DNA from: an uncultured bacterium
Lineage (GTDB): Bacteria > Verrucomicrobiota > Verrucomicrobiia > Limisphaerales > UBA8199
DNA length: 64,000 bases
Direction of reading: 5' to 3'
Assembly: GCA_963749495.1 (NCBI GenBank)
Contig: CAVVMW010000008.1
Span: forward strand, 128,001-192,000
In this document: in pieces, positions 61,144 through 64,000 of the stretch
How positions within the stretch are numbered: the stretch's first letter is position 1
Layout of the letters: each line of letters starts with the position of its first letter
Notes under the pieces: generated by a model
What the model saw: only the letters and a program-made list of their open reading frames with translations
Told to the model about the DNA's origin: nothing
Databases searched by the model: none
Made by a program: the position numbers and the translations under genes

Positions 61144-63702
61144 ATGCAACTCACTCCCGTACGCTTCAACATTACGGGCCTGAAATGTCTGCTGCTCCTC
61201 TCTGCTTTCACTGTAGCCACTGAGGTCCCGCTTCATTGCGCCGAGGCCGAGGCGGCCAAGCAAGCCGCCTTTCACCCGATCAATTTATCCGCCTTTGTCC
61301 AAGGATGGGACCAGTTCGGAGACGGTGTTTGTTGGTCGGTGGTGCCGCGCGGCCTGCAGCAGCTCGAGGGCGTGCCGTTCCAGATGGACGGCGTGCTGGA
61401 GGTGATGGGAATGGGGGCCGCGCGGGACAAGTTTGGGGAGAACACCGCCGATGCCCGCGGCCAAGCCATTATTGATTACCCGGCCAACCAGGTCCTGGAA
61501 CTCGCCGTCGAGGTCCGCTCCCCCACCTGCGCCCCCGCGCGCTTCGGCTTCACCAATACCGAACCGGGCAACCTCCCGGCCCGGCACACCGTCACACTCG
61601 AACCCGGCACCCCGCTGGGCGGCATCGTCCGCGACACCGCCGGCCAGCCCATCGCCCGCGCCCGCGTCAGCGTCAACACCATCACCCGGGACGAGGTCGG
61701 CCAGTCCGTCGAGAGCGAGGTTGACGTCGCCACCACCGACTCCGCCGGCCATTGGAGCACCTGCAGCGTCCCGCCCGATTTCAAGTCTCTCACGTTCAAG
61801 CTCACCCATCCCCAATTCCGCCCGGCGGAGTATTTCATTTCCGATTCCACCTCGGCCGCGCCCCAGGAGGGATCCAAGGCCGATCTCCTCGCCTGCAAGG
61901 CCGTCATGGTCATGGAACCGGGCACCACCCTGGCCGGCATCGTCACGAGCCCCAACGGCAAAGCTCTGCCCGGCGCCAAGCTCTTCCTCCGCGACAGCTC
62001 CGACCCGCCCAGGGACCGCTTCACCGAGGCCGATGGCAACGGCCATTTCAAATTCCTCCTGATGGACGCCGGCCAGGGCATCCTGGCCGCCGCCGCCGAT
62101 GGCTTTTGCCCCCAATCCACCAACGTGGCCTTCGAGCCGGGTCTCAAACCGGTCTCTTTCACACTCCAGCCCGCCGGGCCATTCAAAGGGACCGTGCTCG
62201 GTCCCGACCGCAAACCCCTGGCCGGCGCCACCGTCGGCCTGGCCTCGTGGAACGAGTTGCCCTTTCCCCGCTGGCAGGCCGAGACCGATGCCAAGGGCGC
62301 ATTCAGTTGGGATTCCGCTCCCGCCGACGGCGTCGTGTTGTCCGTCCGCAAGGACGGCTACACGACCGAGCAGCAGAATGTGGCCGCCGGCGACGAGGAG
62401 GTGACGCTCGTTTTAAATCCGGTCCCCCAGATCGTCGGCAAAGTCGTCGATGCCGCGACCAAGGAGCCGATCCAGGACTTCCAGATCATTATAGGCCGCG
62501 TCGTTGGCGGCGACGACGTTTCATGGGAACGCTACAGGCCGGTGCAAGGCAGCGACGGCCATTACTCCTATCGCCCCGACGAAAACTTCTACCAGCCCAG
62601 CATCCGGCTCCTGGTCGAGGCAAAGGGATATTTGCCCCAGGCCTCGCCCCCGTTCTCACCCTCGGGTTGGCAGACCAATGACTTCGAGCTCAAAAAGGGC
62701 CACGGCCCCAAAGGCAGCATCAAATTCCCCGACGGCCGGCCCGCCGCAGGGGTGCGGGTGGTTTTGCTCACCGGTGACTATATTCAGCTCAAGAATGCCG
62801 AAATCCAGTCGCGTAGCGGCTTCGGCAGCAGCAGCCCCGTCGCCACCACCGATGTCGAGGGCAAGTTCGCCCTGCCTGCCGCCTACGCCACCCACTTGGT
62901 GGCCGTGAGCAGGGACGGCTACGCCGAGGCCGCCCTCGACCGCCTTGATGCTACCCTGGCCCTGACGCTGCAGCCCTGGGGCCGCATCGAGGGCACCCTC
63001 CGCAATGGCACCCGGCCCGCCATCAATGAATGGGTCATGGTCACTGGTCAAAACGGCGGCTTCACCATGCGCCTCCAATACGATTTCGACACCTACCGCG
63101 TCCAGTCCGACAACCAGGGCCGCTTCGTCCTGGAGAACGTCCCGCCCGGCGAACGCTACCTCACCCGCCTCGTGCAGATGGAGGGCAGGCGCGGCTGGAT
63201 GTTTAGCCATGGCGAAACCATCACCGTCAAGGCCGGCGAGGTCACCCGCCTCACCTTCGGCGGCAAAGGCCGGCCCGTCATCGGCAAGGTCGTTCCCAAC
63301 GAGACCCGCGAGATCCCCTGGCAGTCCGGCAACCATTTCCTCAACACCCCCTTCCCAAGACCCCCCTCGGACACCAGGACCCGCGAACAAATTGAGTCCT
63401 GGAACAACTCCCCGGAAGTCAAGGAGGCCCGCGCCCGCCATCGCACTTACTACGTGCGGTTCAGCGACGACGGCTCGTTCCGCATCGAAGACGTGCCCCC
63501 GGGCAAGTATGAACTGAACCTCACTTTCAGCGAACCTGGCGAGCGGTCGGCCACCATAGTCGCCTCCGGCGGGCGGATTCTCTCCTCCGACACATTCATC
63601 GGCTCGCTCCGCCAGGAGGTCGAGGTCCCCGAATCCCCCTGCCCGACCGATACCCCGCTGGACCTGGGCCGTCTGGACCTGGTGGTGCAGCGGCCACGCT
63701 GA
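61144..63702 (+). CDS. Carboxypeptidase-regulatory-like repeat protein, paralog of 57432-60515, probable internal deletion near 61432
   Basis: Collinear motifs (RDEVGQ, FKLTHPQF, LQPWGR, GGKGRPVIG, DGSFRIEDVPPG); N-domain PRGLQQLEGVPF breaks at GAARDK/FGE. Confidence 0.8.
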   Translation: MQLTPVRFNITGLKCLLLLSAFTVATEVPLHCAEAEAAKQAAFHPINLSAFVQGWDQFGDGVCWSVVPRGLQQLEGVPFQMDGVLEVMGMGAARDKFGENTADARGQAIIDYPANQVLELAVEVRSPTCAPARFGFTNTEPGNLPARHTVTLEPGTPLGGIVRDTAGQPIARARVSVNTITRDEVGQSVESEVDVATTDSAGHWSTCSVPPDFKSLTFKLTHPQFRPAEYFISDSTSAAPQEGSKADLLACKAVMVMEPGTTLAGIVTSPNGKALPGAKLFLRDSSDPPRDRFTEADGNGHFKFLLMDAGQGILAAAADGFCPQSTNVAFEPGLKPVSFTLQPAGPFKGTVLGPDRKPLAGATVGLASWNELPFPRWQAETDAKGAFSWDSAPADGVVLSVRKDGYTTEQQNVAAGDEEVTLVLNPVPQIVGKVVDAATKEPIQDFQIIIGRVVGGDDVSWERYRPVQGSDGHYSYRPDENFYQPSIRLLVEAKGYLPQASPPFSPSGWQTNDFELKKGHGPKGSIKFPDGRPAAGVRVVLLTGDYIQLKNAEIQSRSGFGSSSPVATTDVEGKFALPAAYATHLVAVSRDGYAEAALDRLDATLALTLQPWGRIEGTLRNGTRPAINEWVMVTGQNGGFTMRLQYDFDTYRVQSDNQGRFVLENVPPGERYLTRLVQMEGRRGWMFSHGETITVKAGEVTRLTFGGKGRPVIGKVVPNETREIPWQSGNHFLNTPFPRPPSDTRTREQIESWNNSPEVKEARARHRTYYVRFSDDGSFRIEDVPPGKYELNLTFSEPGERSATIVASGGRILSSDTFIGSLRQEVEVPESPCPTDTPLDLGRLDLVVQRPR

Positions 63703-64000
63703 ACCGCAACGCAGAGCGTCGGAGCGTGCGAGCGTGAAACGCGCGGAACATACGCAGTGGGAGGCGAGGCAGCACGGAATTATGACTATTAAACTTTCAA
63801 CAACGTCGCCCTGCTTGGGCCCCGTTTTTCAGGCATGGGCGGCTCCCTGCCCCGTCGCTGGATGGCGTTCGTTCAGCTTCGGGACCTATGGCGAAACAGA
63901 TGCCCGTTGGGCTTGGTAGCCACGGGCTGGGGGGGAGGAGTTTTTCGTTGCGCCACCGCCAGAACGGGGCTTATTCTGTCCTTGGTCGTGAAAGCACAAA

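Overview
High-GC bacterial DNA, probably from Verrucomicrobiota (Pedosphaerales/Limisphaerales-like; inferred from gene content and repeat types). It has four blocks. (1) 1-28 kb: secreted carbohydrate-active and hypothetical enzymes (heparinase II/III-like, GH9-like, beta-helix, GH29-like, GH78, GH38, DUF2961/GH172 fused to DUF6067, SASA esterase), many frameshifted, internally deleted or fused. (2) 28-32 kb: an intact caspase-like CHAT + STAND NTPase + 7x40-aa TPR gene. (3) 32.7-51 kb: a decayed mobile mosaic with a phage-like operon, island hypotheticals, HU plus a very basic histone-like protein, fragments of an integrase, a DarB-like methylase and a beta-clamp, vapBC modules and REP-like palindromes. 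(4) 51-64 kb: a Weimberg-type pentonate operon interrupted by a hicBA-like module, an FG-GAP propeller gene and two paralogous carboxypeptidase-regulatory-like repeat proteins. The top finding is the FG-GAP gene at 56181-57236: one reading frame with a single in-frame TGA followed by a SECIS-like hairpin, a candidate secreted selenoprotein. No rRNA, tRNA or CRISPR array was seen. All family assignments come from motif recognition by eye, not database searches.
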